Source of the DNA: Leptospira sp.
GTDB lineage: Bacteria > Spirochaetota > Leptospiria > Leptospirales > Leptospiraceae
Assembly (NCBI GenBank): GCA_034439575.1
Contig: JAWXAQ010000027.1
Location: 371,681-435,680 of the forward strand
Length of the DNA stretch: 64,000 nt
Direction: 5' to 3'
Of this stretch, positions 19,230 to 30,062 are shown piece by piece. The position numbers and the translations under genes were made by a program. Each line of letters starts with the position of its first letter. Position 1 is the first letter of the stretch. A model generated the notes under the pieces. That model saw only the letters and a program-made list of their open reading frames with translations. It was not told the origin of the DNA and made no database searches.

Positions 19230-21290
19230 ATGAATTCTCCAAATAAACTGATTGCAGAAAAAAGTCCGTATCTTTTACAACATGCTTATAACCCAGTAAA
19301 TTGGAATCCTTGGGGTGAGACGGCTTTTGAACAGGCTAAATCTGAGAACAAGGTAGTGTTTTTATCTATAGGTTATGCTACTTGTCATTGGTGTCATGTT
19401 ATGGAAAGAGAATCCTTTGAAGATATAGGAACAGCAGAACTTTTGAATCAGAATTTTATTTGCATTAAATTAGATAGAGAGGAAAGGCCTGATATCGATA
19501 AAATCTATATGGATGCTCTGCACGCAATGGGGCAACAAGGCGGATGGCCGCTCAATTTATTTTTAACGCCTGAAAAATTGCCAATTTTAGGAGGCACCTA
19601 TTTTCCCCCAGAACCAAGATATGGTCGGAAAAGTTTTAAAGATATTCTAACACTTGTTCAGAGAGCTTGGGAAAATCAAAAGGATGATTTGATCCAGTCG
19701 GCCGAGGAATTAACGAATTACCTACGAGGTCTAGAAAAAAAACAAAATTCTGAAATTCAAATTTCCGATGATATTTTTAAAAATTCATTAGATAGATATA
19801 AAAAAGTCTACGACAAAAACTTTTACGGATTTATAACAAATAACCAAAACAAGTTTCCACCTAGCATGGGTTTATCTTATTTACTAGCCTTATCCAAAAT
19901 TTATAAGGATGAATTTGCATTAGAAATAGTTTATAATTCTGCATTTGCTATGAAGTCGGGAGGAATTTACGATCAAATTGGTGGCGGGATTTCTCGTTAT
20001 GCGACAGATCATGAATGGTTAGTCCCTCATTTTGAAAAGATGTTGTATGATAATTCATTGTTTCTTAAATTACTCTCTGAACTTTATAAAGTTACGAAAG
20101 AAGATTTTTTTCTAAATAGTTTACTGGATATTATAAATTACGTAAATAGAGACTTATTATTGTTAGAAGGTGGAATATCTTCAGCAGAAGATGCGGATTC
20201 GGAAGGGGAAGAAGGTAAATTTTACATTTGGGATGAATATGAAATAAAAAATGCAAAAATATCTAAAAAAGTTTTAGAGTATTGGAATGTCACTTCCATC
20301 GGTAATTTTGAAGGAAAGAATATTCTAAATGTCACAATTAATGGTCAGAATCCTTATAATGACAATCAGATTTTAATTCCAGAATTTATAGATGAACTAA
20401 ATGAAGCCAAAAAAAACTTACTTGAAATAAGAAATACTAGAATTCGTCCACTACGAGATGATAAAGTCATCACGTCTTGGAATTGTTTATACATTCAAGC
20501 CCTTATCAGCGCATACCAAGCCACAAATAAAATGGAATTATTAACTAGCGCCATTTCCATTCATCAGTTTCTGACAGACAAACTGAGAACAGGTGATGGT
20601 TTTTTATTTAGACGGTATAGAGACGGGGAAGCAAAATTTGAAGGAAATCTTACTGATTATGTAGAATTTATATTGGCTAGTCTTTTGCTTTTTCAAGAAA
20701 CTGAGAATGAAAAATACTTCACTTATGCTAAAGAAAATCTTAAAATCATCTTTCAAAATTTCAAATCTGATTTTGGACCATTTTATGATTCGATTTCACA
20801 TAACAAGGATTTAATTCTAAGAACGATAGATGGATATGATGGTGTCGAACCCTCGGGTAATTCGAGTTTGACAACAATATTTCTACTTTTGTCAAAATGG
20901 GGCTATAAATCGGAAGAATTTTATGCCCATGCAAAACAAATATTTTCACATTTCTCAAAAGAATTGAATTCTAATTCTATGAGTTATCCTGTGATGTTAA
21001 ATTCTCTTTTACAATTCACATATCCGAGTATAGAAGTAGTTGTGATTTATAAAAAAGAATGTAATGAAGAAGTCACAGAAATTAGAAATGGTCTACGGAC
21101 TATTTTTTCGCCTTTCATAAACTATCTGATTCTAGAAGAATCAAACGCATTACATTTAAGTCATGAATTGACTTTGTTAAAAGATAGAAATGCTGGTGAT
21201 TCCCACCTAGTCTATGTTTGTAAAGATTTTGTCTGTTCAATGCCTGTGAGAGGATGGGAAAAAACAAAAGAATTAATCATAGATTTATGA
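19230..21290 (+). CDS. Thioredoxin-domain YyaL/SPATA20-family protein
   Basis: [37 protein letters not shown]. Confidence 0.92.
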   Translation: MNSPNKLIAEKSPYLLQHAYNPVNWNPWGETAFEQAKSENKVVFLSIGYATCHWCHVMERESFEDIGTAELLNQNFICIKLDREERPDIDKIYMDALHAMGQQGGWPLNLFLTPEKLPILGGTYFPPEPRYGRKSFKDILTLVQRAWENQKDDLIQSAEELTNYLRGLEKKQNSEIQISDDIFKNSLDRYKKVYDKNFYGFITNNQNKFPPSMGLSYLLALSKIYKDEFALEIVYNSAFAMKSGGIYDQIGGGISRYATDHEWLVPHFEKMLYDNSLFLKLLSELYKVTKEDFFLNSLLDIINYVNRDLLLLEGGISSAEDADSEGEEGKFYIWDEYEIKNAKISKKVLEYWNVTSIGNFEGKNILNVTINGQNPYNDNQILIPEFIDELNEAKKNLLEIRNTRIRPLRDDKVITSWNCLYIQALISAYQATNKMELLTSAISIHQFLTDKLRTGDGFLFRRYRDGEAKFEGNLTDYVEFILASLLLFQETENEKYFTYAKENLKIIFQNFKSDFGPFYDSISHNKDLILRTIDGYDGVEPSGNSSLTTIFLLLSKWGYKSEEFYAHAKQIFSHFSKELNSNSMSYPVMLNSLLQFTYPSIEVVVIYKKECNEEVTEIRNGLRTIFSPFINYLILEESNALHLSHELTLLKDRNAGDSHLVYVCKDFVCSMPVRGWEKTKELIIDL

Positions 21291-21642
21291 CTTTTGCATC
21301 TCCCCAAAGTCTTTCTAGTGAATAATAATTTCTCATTTCTTCAGTCATTATATGTACACAGATTTCACCGTAATCAAGTAAGATCCAACCTGTTGCGTCC
21401 TTCGGTAAATCTGTGATATGATTTCTGCGTTCAGCAAGTTTAAGTGGTTTCATATATTTTTCTATATCTTTGGCTACACTTCTACCTTGCGTTTCTGATT
21501 TAACAGTTGCTAGCACGAAAATTGATAAATAAGAATTTACTTCTCTTAAATCCAATGCTTCAATTTGTTCGCATTTCTTTTCAATAAGACTTTTTTCTAT
21601 TTTTTTTAAGTGTCCGAGAGTCTCTTCACTAATTTTATTCAT
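21277..21642 (-). CDS. rsfS: Ribosome silencing factor
   Basis: [14 protein letters not shown]...[13 protein letters not shown]. Confidence 0.93.
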   Translation of the reverse strand: MNKISEETLGHLKKIEKSLIEKKCEQIEALDLREVNSYLSIFVLATVKSETQGRSVAKDIEKYMKPLKLAERRNHITDLPKDATGWILLDYGEICVHIMTEEMRNYYSLERLWGDAKVINL

Positions 21643-21643
21643 A

Positions 21644-22795
21644 TTATTCCTTTGAGTTCTGAAAATCTTCACCGAGAACTACAGTCGCATCTAATCCAAG
21701 ATCTTTCCGTAATGAAAAATAAACATTTCTTCCTTGAAACGTTTCGGAAATAGTTTCCGTATATTGTGTGTTACCAGATCGATTTAGAATCACACTTTTA
21801 TCAAAATTTGTATCCCAAGCATTATCAACCGATAGCACTTTTAGACCTTTGTCGTTTAACAATGATTTTCCATAGCGTGCCAATCCACTTTTTTCTGTAC
21901 CATTTAGAATTTCGATCCTTGCTCTTTCACCATCTGAATAATAACTTGATCGCACATCAGATACAAATTTAGTAAGTGCCACTTTCACAGTTTCTGATTT
22001 AGTTTTAAGAATCTCATCTTTCTTTTTAATTCGCAAAATAGGTTCGGCTGGTAATTCTGAAACTCCGATATGTATCTTTTCTTTTCTAAAAAGATCTAAC
22101 AAAGAATCCCATTCTTTGAAATCCATATTATTTTCGATTTTTTCATGCAAATAAACTGATTTTTGTTTGGTTATAGAATCTGGCTTTCTATGAATAGTTT
22201 CTAATATACTCAACACCATACTTTCTTGTAGTTCTAATCTGTGAATGTAAGATAACATTTTTTTATCTTCTAAGTAAGAAATGACATCAAAACAATCCTC
22301 ACCATCAAGATTATAGATTCGATTTTTTCTTTCGTATCTATTTGTGATTCGACTCGATTTTGGTTCAAAGAAAAATTCCACACCACCTAATAAATTTATA
22401 AACGCATGAAATTGATTTTCTCGAATTATAATTTTATGTTGGATCGAAAAATCCAATATATCTTCCAAAAATGAATCGAGTTCTCCTGGAGCTTTTTTTC
22501 CATAATCTTCTAACGTTTTTTCATCCTCAAATGAGGTTAGGGGATTCACAAAAAATAGTGCGGCTTTTTTTTCCTGGGGATAAATTTCAGCATAGACTGA
22601 AAACAAATATTGGTCTGAATCAGATAAAATACTGACTAGCACATTCGTTCTTTTTCCAAATCCAAATTTCAAATCAGATCCTAAACCCGATTTATTTCGA
22701 AATAATAAAGTGATCAGTGCAAGAGCTAACACGGAGCCTGCGATGATTAAGAGAAGGTAAGGTTTTTTCTGAATTTCTTTTGATTCTTGTAACAT
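21644..22795 (-). CDS. LCP/LytR-family protein with LytR C-terminal domain
   Basis: N-terminal TM, INLLGGV, C-terminal IEILNGT...GLA...NA...DATVVLGED. Confidence 0.8.
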   Translation of the reverse strand: MLQESKEIQKKPYLLLIIAGSVLALALITLLFRNKSGLGSDLKFGFGKRTNVLVSILSDSDQYLFSVYAEIYPQEKKAALFFVNPLTSFEDEKTLEDYGKKAPGELDSFLEDILDFSIQHKIIIRENQFHAFINLLGGVEFFFEPKSSRITNRYERKNRIYNLDGEDCFDVISYLEDKKMLSYIHRLELQESMVLSILETIHRKPDSITKQKSVYLHEKIENNMDFKEWDSLLDLFRKEKIHIGVSELPAEPILRIKKKDEILKTKSETVKVALTKFVSDVRSSYYSDGERARIEILNGTEKSGLARYGKSLLNDKGLKVLSVDNAWDTNFDKSVILNRSGNTQYTETISETFQGRNVYFSLRKDLGLDATVVLGEDFQNSKE

Positions 22796-22801
22796 TTTTA
22801 A

Positions 22802-23386
22802 TTATCGGATATGCGAGAGTGTGCTATTAAATGTGTCAATAGTAGCTTGGTAAATTTGACCTTTGGTTTCAATCAGATTATTTATGGTTTTTGCCGACTT
22901 TAAATAGATTCCGAATTGTAAATTTTTATAAGTTTCAGTTTCCCAAATTTCCAAATCTGTTTGTTTCAAAGCATATTCTGAACCTAAAAAATCAGCGGCA
23001 TATAAAATTTTTTGTATTAAGGTCATTGCCGCGGAACCCAATGTATGGGTTCGTATTGCAGAAAATACCTCTTCATTTTCTAAACCGTATTTTGAATGTA
23101 AATAAATGGGAGCGCTGTATGCGTGATAGGCTTCTTCAGGAATTTCAGAAAAATTCGTAAATTTAGCGGCAATAAATAATTGAAGATGGAATTCTTTTTT
23201 CTTTTGTTTTGTAATGTCGTGGGTAATTCCTGCGAAATATGCGATTCTGGGATTCAAAAATTTATTAATATGAGCAAGTTTTTCTGCTTGTTTTGCCACA
23301 CGTAAACAATGCTCCCACCTAGTATTTGTTATTTCTTTTGGAATAGCTTCCATAAAAAATGAAATCCAATCTTCAACCGATTTCAT
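22802..23386 (-). CDS. yqeK: YqeK HD-domain hydrolase (Ap4A hydrolase)
   Basis: RWEHCLRVA, HDITK, HT.G, YAAD; lies next to nadD. Confidence 0.85.
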   Translation of the reverse strand: MKSVEDWISFFMEAIPKEITNTRWEHCLRVAKQAEKLAHINKFLNPRIAYFAGITHDITKQKKKEFHLQLFIAAKFTNFSEIPEEAYHAYSAPIYLHSKYGLENEEVFSAIRTHTLGSAAMTLIQKILYAADFLGSEYALKQTDLEIWETETYKNLQFGIYLKSAKTINNLIETKGQIYQATIDTFNSTLSHIR

Positions 23387-23975
23387 TTTTAAACCAATTG
23401 ATTTTTTCTAAATATGCAACAACTTTTGGATCTAACCATTGTTTTGATAAATTTAAATTTCGTTCTGCTTTGAGTCGGGTAGATGAAATTTCCCATAGGT
23501 CATTATTTAACACGACTGATTTATTTTCTAAATATTTGTTAGGAAAATTGACGGCTTGAGGATAGGGACTGTCCCTGCGGATGATAATATATTTCTCTAT
23601 CAATAAATCCAATTCTTTAAAATTATACCAATAGATGAGGCCAATCAAACTATCCTCACCAATGCATAAGAATACTTTTTGATTTTGATATTCAGCAATA
23701 ATTGATTTTACAGTATTTATCGTATAACTCACATCATCATTTTTGATTTCTATATCGGAAAGTAAGGTTTGCTCATCAATTAGCTCTGCAAAACTTAGCT
23801 TACATAAATTCCATAAATCTTCCTGTTGCAAAGATTTATCCTTTTTGAAGGGAGAAATTTTGTTTGGGATAATTATGATTTTTTTAGCAATTGGATATTT
23901 TTTTTTTAAGGATTGTATGATATGGTTATGACCTGTATGAGGGGGGTCAAAACTTCCACCAAATATAATGATCAT
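23373..23975 (-). CDS. nadD: Nicotinate-nucleotide adenylyltransferase
   Basis: FGGSFDPPHTGH, SYT, IGED, ISST. Confidence 0.92.
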   Translation of the reverse strand: MIIIFGGSFDPPHTGHNHIIQSLKKKYPIAKKIIIIPNKISPFKKDKSLQQEDLWNLCKLSFAELIDEQTLLSDIEIKNDDVSYTINTVKSIIAEYQNQKVFLCIGEDSLIGLIYWYNFKELDLLIEKYIIIRRDSPYPQAVNFPNKYLENKSVVLNNDLWEISSTRLKAERNLNLSKQWLDPKVVAYLEKINWFKNEIG

Positions 23976-23976
23976 A

Positions 23977-25236
23977 CTAGCTTCGAACTTGTCCTTTGCC
24001 TGTTACATATGTTGTTGTCGTTGTTAAATGCATGAGTCCCATCGGTCCTCGAACATGAAGTTTTCCTGTAGAAATTCCGACTTCGGCACCTAATCCAAAT
24101 TCTCCGCCATCATGAAATCGAGTCGAACAATTCACAAATATCGCAGCGCTATCCAATCTTTTTTGAAATTCGCGAATATTGGATTCACTTTCAGAAAGAA
24201 TGCACTCTGTATGTCCTGAACTAAATGTTTCTATAAAATTTACGACTTCATCCATGGATGAAACCATTTTCACGCTGAGTCTTGAATCTAAAAATTCTGT
24301 AGCATAGTCATTTTCGCTTGCGACCTTACCATTCGAAAAAATTAGTTTTGCGGATTCATCTAGCAATAGTTCTACGCCTGCATTTGCCAATTGCTCTAAT
24401 AAAATTTTATTTTTTGGATATTTTTTATGTAGAATCAAGTTTTCTAAGGCATTACATACCCCGGGTCTTTGTAATTTAGAATTTAATAATATAGGCAAGA
24501 TAATGGATTCAACAGCAGACTCATCCACAAACAAATTGGTAACACCTTTATCATGTTTCACGACCGGGATTTTACTATTCTTTGATACAAATTGAATGAG
24601 GGCTTCGCCACCTCTAGGTACTACGATATCAATATATTCCTCTAATTGAAAAAACGGTAACATTGCCTCTCGATCTGTATTTTCTACAAATACCACCGAT
24701 CCTTCCTCTATATTTTCTGAATGCAGTGCCATATGAAATAATTTAACTAAAATCAGATTGGAGTGAATGGCTTCCGAACCACCTCTGAGTATACAGGCGT
24801 TTCCAGATTTAAAGGAAAGGGAGGCAATGTCTATGATCACATTTGGACGGGATTCAAAAATGGTCATCACAACACCAATTGGCACGCGTTTGGTGAGAAG
24901 TTCTAAGCCGTTTGGTAAAACAACACCTCGGGTTACTTCGCCAACTGGATCTTGCAGTGAGCGAATCTCATCTACACTTTTCCGCATTGCTTCAATTCGT
25001 TTTTCGTCAAGTAACAAACGATCAAGTAAGGCTGATGATAAGTTTTTTGCCTTACCGTTCTCCATGTCCTTTTTGTTTTCAGTAATAATTTCTGTTTTGT
25101 TTTCTATCAATAGAGAGGCAAGTTTCATTAGAACTTTATTCTTAGTTAATGTATCTAAAGTTCGGATGTTTCTACTCGCTTTCTTGGCTTTTTTTGCTAA
25201 GGTTAATGCGTTTGTTTGATAATTTTCAGAACTCAT
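23977..25236 (-). CDS. proA: Glutamate-5-semialdehyde dehydrogenase
   Basis: [40 protein letters not shown]. Confidence 0.96.
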   Translation of the reverse strand: MSSENYQTNALTLAKKAKKASRNIRTLDTLTKNKVLMKLASLLIENKTEIITENKKDMENGKAKNLSSALLDRLLLDEKRIEAMRKSVDEIRSLQDPVGEVTRGVVLPNGLELLTKRVPIGVVMTIFESRPNVIIDIASLSFKSGNACILRGGSEAIHSNLILVKLFHMALHSENIEEGSVVFVENTDREAMLPFFQLEEYIDIVVPRGGEALIQFVSKNSKIPVVKHDKGVTNLFVDESAVESIILPILLNSKLQRPGVCNALENLILHKKYPKNKILLEQLANAGVELLLDESAKLIFSNGKVASENDYATEFLDSRLSVKMVSSMDEVVNFIETFSSGHTECILSESESNIREFQKRLDSAAIFVNCSTRFHDGGEFGLGAEVGISTGKLHVRGPMGLMHLTTTTTYVTGKGQVRS

Positions 25237-26108
25237 AAACTATTTCCTTCTTCTTTAGAAATGGCAAAAAAACGATTTTGTATTTCTCTTTCATTTGGAA
25301 CAGAGTGGGGGATATTTTGATTTGCAATAAGAGTTCCAAAATTTGGTTCTTTAAAAAAGCGCGATATCGCATTTTTTTCTTCACCATTAATAATCCCTGT
25401 ATTGATTCCATTTGGTAACAGAAGTTTTGCGGCCTTCAGTTTTGTCGCCATTCCGCCAGTACCTGGACCTGATGGGCCAGTTGCATAAGATTCTTCTTTT
25501 TCGCCAATACTTTCCAATAAGTCTACTTTTTTATCTTTTATTAAAAAACCATCTACACCTGTTAGGATGAGTAATAAATCTGCACCGACTATGGATGCGA
25601 CGATTGAGGAAAGGATGTCATTATCGCCTAAATTGATTTCTTCTGTTGAAATAGAATCATTTTCATTCACTATGGGAAGCACACCCCAATCCAGAAGTTG
25701 GCGAAAGGTTGTTTTTAAATTGATGAAGTTTTTATCTTCATTCAAATCTCTTCTGCCAAATAGGATTTGGGCAATGGGTACATTGACCCGACTAAAAAAA
25801 CTTTCATACAAATTAAGAAGCCTGTTTTGTCCCATAGCCGCAAACGCTTGTTTTTCGGAAAGAGTAGGGGCACCGAGCATTTCTTTTTTATTTATCTTTT
25901 GAAAGAGTTTTTTGCCTTGAGCTATGGCACCTGAAGAAACGAGGATCACTTCCTTGCCATTATCGCGCAGGTTTCGTATATCACCTGCTAGACCAAAAAG
26001 AAAATCATTGATCTTATCATTACTTCCAGAGACTCGTGCGGAGCCAATTTTGATGACGATGATTTTTGCTTTATTTATTTTTTCTAAATAGTCACTTCGA
26101 GAATTCAT
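25233..26108 (-). CDS. proB: Glutamate 5-kinase (no PUA domain)
   Basis: [29 protein letters not shown]. Confidence 0.95.
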   Translation of the reverse strand: MNSRSDYLEKINKAKIIVIKIGSARVSGSNDKINDFLFGLAGDIRNLRDNGKEVILVSSGAIAQGKKLFQKINKKEMLGAPTLSEKQAFAAMGQNRLLNLYESFFSRVNVPIAQILFGRRDLNEDKNFINLKTTFRQLLDWGVLPIVNENDSISTEEINLGDNDILSSIVASIVGADLLLILTGVDGFLIKDKKVDLLESIGEKEESYATGPSGPGTGGMATKLKAAKLLLPNGINTGIINGEEKNAISRFFKEPNFGTLIANQNIPHSVPNEREIQNRFFAISKEEGNSL

Positions 26109-27109
26109 TTCATTCGGTCCGAAAAATAAACTTGGTCGATCCTCTCTAAAAGATATTCTAAATTGAGTTCTTTTTCTGCTGATATCAGAATGATTTCGCC
26201 AAATTTGGAATAGTTTTGTTTGATCTCTTCGGTAAATTTTGGATCATCCCAAATATCAATTTTATTTATTACAAGTAAAAATGGTTTTTCCAGAAGTGTT
26301 TCATTATAAGAACCAAGTTCGTTTCGTAACATTTCCAATTCTTCTTCCAAATACAAATTGCCACCATCAAAAAGGAAAAGTATCCCTTGCACGCGTTCAA
26401 TGTGTTTTAAAAATGATAAACCGAGACCTACACCCTTTGAAGCACCTTCAATGATTCCTGGAATGTCTGCCACCGTATAACGAAAAGTATCTTGGTGTCT
26501 ATGCACCACACCTAAGTTTGGTGATAGTGTGGTAAATGCATAACCTGCAATTTTTGGATGTGCATGAGTAATCTTTGCAAGTAGGGTGGACTTGCCTGCA
26601 TTTGGTAATCCAACGATTCCAATGTCTGCTAGTAATTTTAATTGAAATATAACAGCAAAACTATCCCCGTCTTCACCAGGTTGGGAAAAACGAGGTGTTT
26701 GGTGTGTAGATGATTTAAAAAATGTATTTCCTTTGCCACCACGCCCACCTTTGGCAATCGTATATTCTTCACCCTCTTTGGTAAAATCATACATAAGTTC
26801 CATGGTGACAGAATCAAACACCTGTGTACCAATTGGTACTTTGAGTGTAAGGTCTTCGCCATTTCGTCCGTGTTTGTCATTGCCAGAGCCTGGTTCCCCA
26901 TCTTCGGCGGCGTACAATCTATCCGGTAAGTAATTTTCCAAAGTCATAATGCGGGACTCTGCAATCAAAATTACATTGCCACCACGGCCACCGTCACCGC
27001 CATCAGGTCCGCCAAATTCCACAAATTTTTCTTTGTGAAAATGAACGGCTCCTGCGCCTCCGTGGCCTGCCTTGATTCGTATGGGAACTTCGTCTATAAA
27101 GCTTGTCAT
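26105..27109 (-). CDS. obgE: GTPase ObgE/CgtA
   Basis: Gly-rich Obg domain, [24 protein letters not shown] at 27109. Confidence 0.96.
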   Translation of the reverse strand: MTSFIDEVPIRIKAGHGGAGAVHFHKEKFVEFGGPDGGDGGRGGNVILIAESRIMTLENYLPDRLYAAEDGEPGSGNDKHGRNGEDLTLKVPIGTQVFDSVTMELMYDFTKEGEEYTIAKGGRGGKGNTFFKSSTHQTPRFSQPGEDGDSFAVIFQLKLLADIGIVGLPNAGKSTLLAKITHAHPKIAGYAFTTLSPNLGVVHRHQDTFRYTVADIPGIIEGASKGVGLGLSFLKHIERVQGILFLFDGGNLYLEEELEMLRNELGSYNETLLEKPFLLVINKIDIWDDPKFTEEIKQNYSKFGEIILISAEKELNLEYLLERIDQVYFSDRMK

Positions 27110-27119
27110 GTTTTCCAAT

Positions 27120-27158
27120 AAAAAAACCCGTAAGAGGTAGCCTCAAACGGGTTTCTTT
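27120..27158 (-). terminator. Intrinsic terminator-like hairpin after rpmA
   Basis: Minus strand reads AAACCCGT-TT-GAGG-CTA-CCTC-TT-ACGGGTTTTTTT: a stem-loop followed by a U7 tract. Confidence 0.7.
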
Positions 27159-27194
27159 GGCTCTCTATTCTTGCCCTAAAGCAAGAAAGAGGCA

Positions 27195-27452
27195 TTAGTT
27201 TTTCGGGTAAACCGATACTTGTTGTCTTTCTTTAGTTACGTGTTCGAAAGTGACAACGCCATCTGTAAGTGCAAAAAGAGTATGGTCACGACCAATGCCT
27301 ACATTTTTGCCAGGTTTGAACTGAGTACCACGTTGCCGAACGATGATGTTACCTGCGATTGCCAATTGGCCACCGTAGACTTTCACGCCTAAACGTTTCG
27401 ATACCGAATCACGACCGTTCTTTGTGGATCCCCCACCTTTTTTTGTAGCCAT
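27195..27452 (-). CDS. rpmA: 50S ribosomal protein L27
   Basis: [22 protein letters not shown]...[10 protein letters not shown]. Confidence 0.99.
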   Translation of the reverse strand: MATKKGGGSTKNGRDSVSKRLGVKVYGGQLAIAGNIIVRQRGTQFKPGKNVGIGRDHTLFALTDGVVTFEHVTKERQQVSVYPKN

Positions 27453-27462
27453 TTTTTACCTC

Positions 27463-27783
27463 TTAATTACGTTCTTCAATGATCTGAATCGCGTTTGGGT
27501 GTTGTTTAGATAAACTCATCAGGCTAAATGTTGTCATTTGACCTAGAGTTTGAAACTCAGATAAAAAATCTGGTTTTACCAAAAACTCTAAAAACCCCTC
27601 ACTCTTTTTTTCATCTTTCAAGCTCTCTTTCCATCCCATATAAGAATGAACAGATTGAACTAGGGTGGACACTCCCGCGCATAAAAGGTTATCCCCTTTA
27701 TCTCCAAATTCACTTGGAGCATGTCCTTTAACTTGAAAACCTTGAATCAGACCGTCCTTATAAAATATCTTAACTAATATCAA
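27463..27783 (-). CDS. prp: Ribosomal-processing cysteine protease Prp (YsxB/DUF464)
   Basis: Lies between rplU and rpmA; GHA...LLCAGVS catalytic His/Cys motif. Confidence 0.85.
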   Translation of the reverse strand: MILVKIFYKDGLIQGFQVKGHAPSEFGDKGDNLLCAGVSTLVQSVHSYMGWKESLKDEKKSEGFLEFLVKPDFLSEFQTLGQMTTFSLMSLSKQHPNAIQIIEERN

Positions 27784-28092
27784 TTAACCGCTAATAGAAA
27801 CTACTTGTAACTTTTGGAGTTGTTGTCTGTGTCCCCAAGCTTTTTTGTAGTTCTTGCGTTTTTTGTATTTAAATCCGTGGATTTTATCGCCTTTGCAATC
27901 TTCTACGACTTTCAAAGTAACCTTGGCCCCTGCAAGTGCTGGTGATCCAATGTTTACTTTGTTTTCGTCGGAAAGGAGAAGAACCTTTGCGTCAAAATTA
28001 TTTCCTACAGCATTACCTGTCTTATCAGCAACGAAAACTTGGTCTGGAGCAACTTTAAATTGTTTAGCTCCGAGTTCTATAATGGCAAACAT
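27784..28092 (-). CDS. rplU: 50S ribosomal protein L21
   Basis: [14 protein letters not shown]...[16 protein letters not shown]. Confidence 0.98.
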   Translation of the reverse strand: MFAIIELGAKQFKVAPDQVFVADKTGNAVGNNFDAKVLLLSDENKVNIGSPALAGAKVTLKVVEDCKGDKIHGFKYKKRKNYKKAWGHRQQLQKLQVVSISG

Positions 28093-28206
28093 ATACCTTT
28101 CCTAATCCCGAACTAGCAGTTCTTACCAGGATTTCTATGTCTAGTAGCTTGTCAAATTTAAATCCCCATCGACAGCTTAGCGCTTTTCGAATTTTTGGTA
28201 AAAACA

Positions 28207-30018
28207 ATGGAAATTCGAAATATTGCTATCATCGCTCACGTTGACCATGGGAAGACAACCCTCACTGATTGTATCTTACGCCATACAGGCGCCGTCACAG
28301 CGAAAGAAGACCGAGAGCGAATCATGGATTCAAATGCTCTAGAACAAGAGAAAGGTATCACCATCCTTGCTAAAAACACATCTGTCAAATACAAAAACAC
28401 ACGTATCAACATAGTAGACACTCCAGGTCACGCTGACTTTGGCGGGGAAGTCGAACGAGTTCTCTCGATGACGGATTGCACCTTACTTCTGGTAGATGCA
28501 TTCGATGGGCCGATGCCACAAACTCGTTTTGTGCTTGGGAAGTCGCTCCAATTAGGTCACAAACCAATTGTAGTAGTAAACAAGGTAGATAGAGATGGGG
28601 CAAGACCTGCCTTTGCTGTAGACAAGGTATTTGATCTCTTCAGTGACTTAGGTGCTACAGAAGAACAATTGGATTTTCCTATTATATATGCTTCTGCAAA
28701 ACAAGGCTGGGCTGTGAATGAATTAAAAGAAGCTCCTGGAACAACCATTGAACCTTTGTTAGATAAAGTTTTGGCTCACGTTCCTCCTGTCAAAACAGAT
28801 GACACTCGTCCTTTACAATTCCAAGTAGTGGCTCTTGATTACAATGAATACGTCGGTCGTATTGCCATTGGTAAAATGTATGCTGGTACTTTGAGAAAAG
28901 GCCAAGATGTAACACTTGCAAAAACAAATGGCCAAACCGCAAATTATAAAATTTCTAAAGTATATGGTTATGAAGGATTGCAACGCTACGAAGTAGACGA
29001 AGCAAGTTCTGGTGATATCGTAGCCATTGCTGGTATTCCAGATATGTTTATCGGTGACACAGTTTGTGATATGGGAAATCCACTCCCTCTGCCAGCAATC
29101 CAAGTGGAAGAGCCGACTGTATCCATGTTTTTTATGATCAACAACTCTCCGTTTGCTGGTAAAGAAGGTAAGTATGTTACCACAAGAAATTTGCGTGAAC
29201 GCCTTGATCGTGAATTAGAAACGAATGTTGCGCTGAAACTAGAAGAAACAGACGATAAAGATCGTTTCAAAATTCTAGGTCGTGGGGAATTGCATTTATC
29301 CATCCTTATTGAAACCATGCGTAGAGAAGGATTTGAACTGCAAGTATCAAGACCAGAAGTTATTATGAAAACCAATGAGAAGGGTGAAAAAACAGAACCT
29401 TACGAAAACTTGGTGATGGATTTACCGGAAATTTATTCAGGCGCAGTGATCCAGGAATTGAACCGCAGAAAAGGTGATCTTCATGGTATGGAGACTCATG
29501 CATCTGGAATCACTCGGGTAGAATATGAAATTCCTACTCGCGGACTCATCGGATTTCGCGGACATTTCATTTCTGAAACACGGGGCGAAGGCGTAATGTC
29601 TAGTCGGTTTTTGCGATATGACAAATACAAAGGTGAGATTCCTGGTCGTAAAAACGGAGCTCTTATCTCTATGGATTCTGGGGATTCAACCGCTTACGCT
29701 TTATGGAAAGTGCAAGAACGCGGCGATCTTTTTATCGAACCACAAACAGCAGTATACCCTGGTATGATCCTTGGTATGAATGCACGTGACTCAGACTTAG
29801 AAGTAAATCCGGTGCGTGAGAAAAAATTGACAAACGTAAGAGCCTCTGGTTCTGACGAAGCAATTCGACTCACACCTCCACGTAAACTAACACTAGAACA
29901 GTCGATCGAATTCTTGGACGATGATGAATTGTTAGAAGTTACTCCGCAAAGTTTGCGTCTTCGTAAAAAAATCTTAGATGCTTCTATGCGAAAACGTGCT
30001 GGTGGCGGAAGAAGTTAA
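28207..30018 (+). CDS. typA: Translational GTPase TypA/BipA
   Basis: [46 protein letters not shown]. Confidence 0.98.
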   Translation: MEIRNIAIIAHVDHGKTTLTDCILRHTGAVTAKEDRERIMDSNALEQEKGITILAKNTSVKYKNTRINIVDTPGHADFGGEVERVLSMTDCTLLLVDAFDGPMPQTRFVLGKSLQLGHKPIVVVNKVDRDGARPAFAVDKVFDLFSDLGATEEQLDFPIIYASAKQGWAVNELKEAPGTTIEPLLDKVLAHVPPVKTDDTRPLQFQVVALDYNEYVGRIAIGKMYAGTLRKGQDVTLAKTNGQTANYKISKVYGYEGLQRYEVDEASSGDIVAIAGIPDMFIGDTVCDMGNPLPLPAIQVEEPTVSMFFMINNSPFAGKEGKYVTTRNLRERLDRELETNVALKLEETDDKDRFKILGRGELHLSILIETMRREGFELQVSRPEVIMKTNEKGEKTEPYENLVMDLPEIYSGAVIQELNRRKGDLHGMETHASGITRVEYEIPTRGLIGFRGHFISETRGEGVMSSRFLRYDKYKGEIPGRKNGALISMDSGDSTAYALWKVQERGDLFIEPQTAVYPGMILGMNARDSDLEVNPVREKKLTNVRASGSDEAIRLTPPRKLTLEQSIEFLDDDELLEVTPQSLRLRKKILDASMRKRAGGGRS

Positions 30019-30032
30019 ATATAATTTTTAGA

Positions 30033-30062
30033 AAAGGCTTTTCTTTAAAAAGAAAGGCCTTT
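30033..30062. terminator. Inverted repeat between convergent typA and the oxidase gene (possible bidirectional terminator)
   Basis: AAAGGCTTTTCT-TTAAAA-AGAAAGGCCTTT. Confidence 0.5.

Noticed and set aside
19120-19242. Long N-terminus of the TolC ORF in the track
   Set aside because: It overlaps the divergent YyaL gene start and does not resemble a signal peptide.
25233-27109. Short ProB (no PUA domain) and ObgE (no C-terminal extension) as possible truncations
   Set aside because: Both short forms are common, and the genes end in tight overlaps with the next gene.
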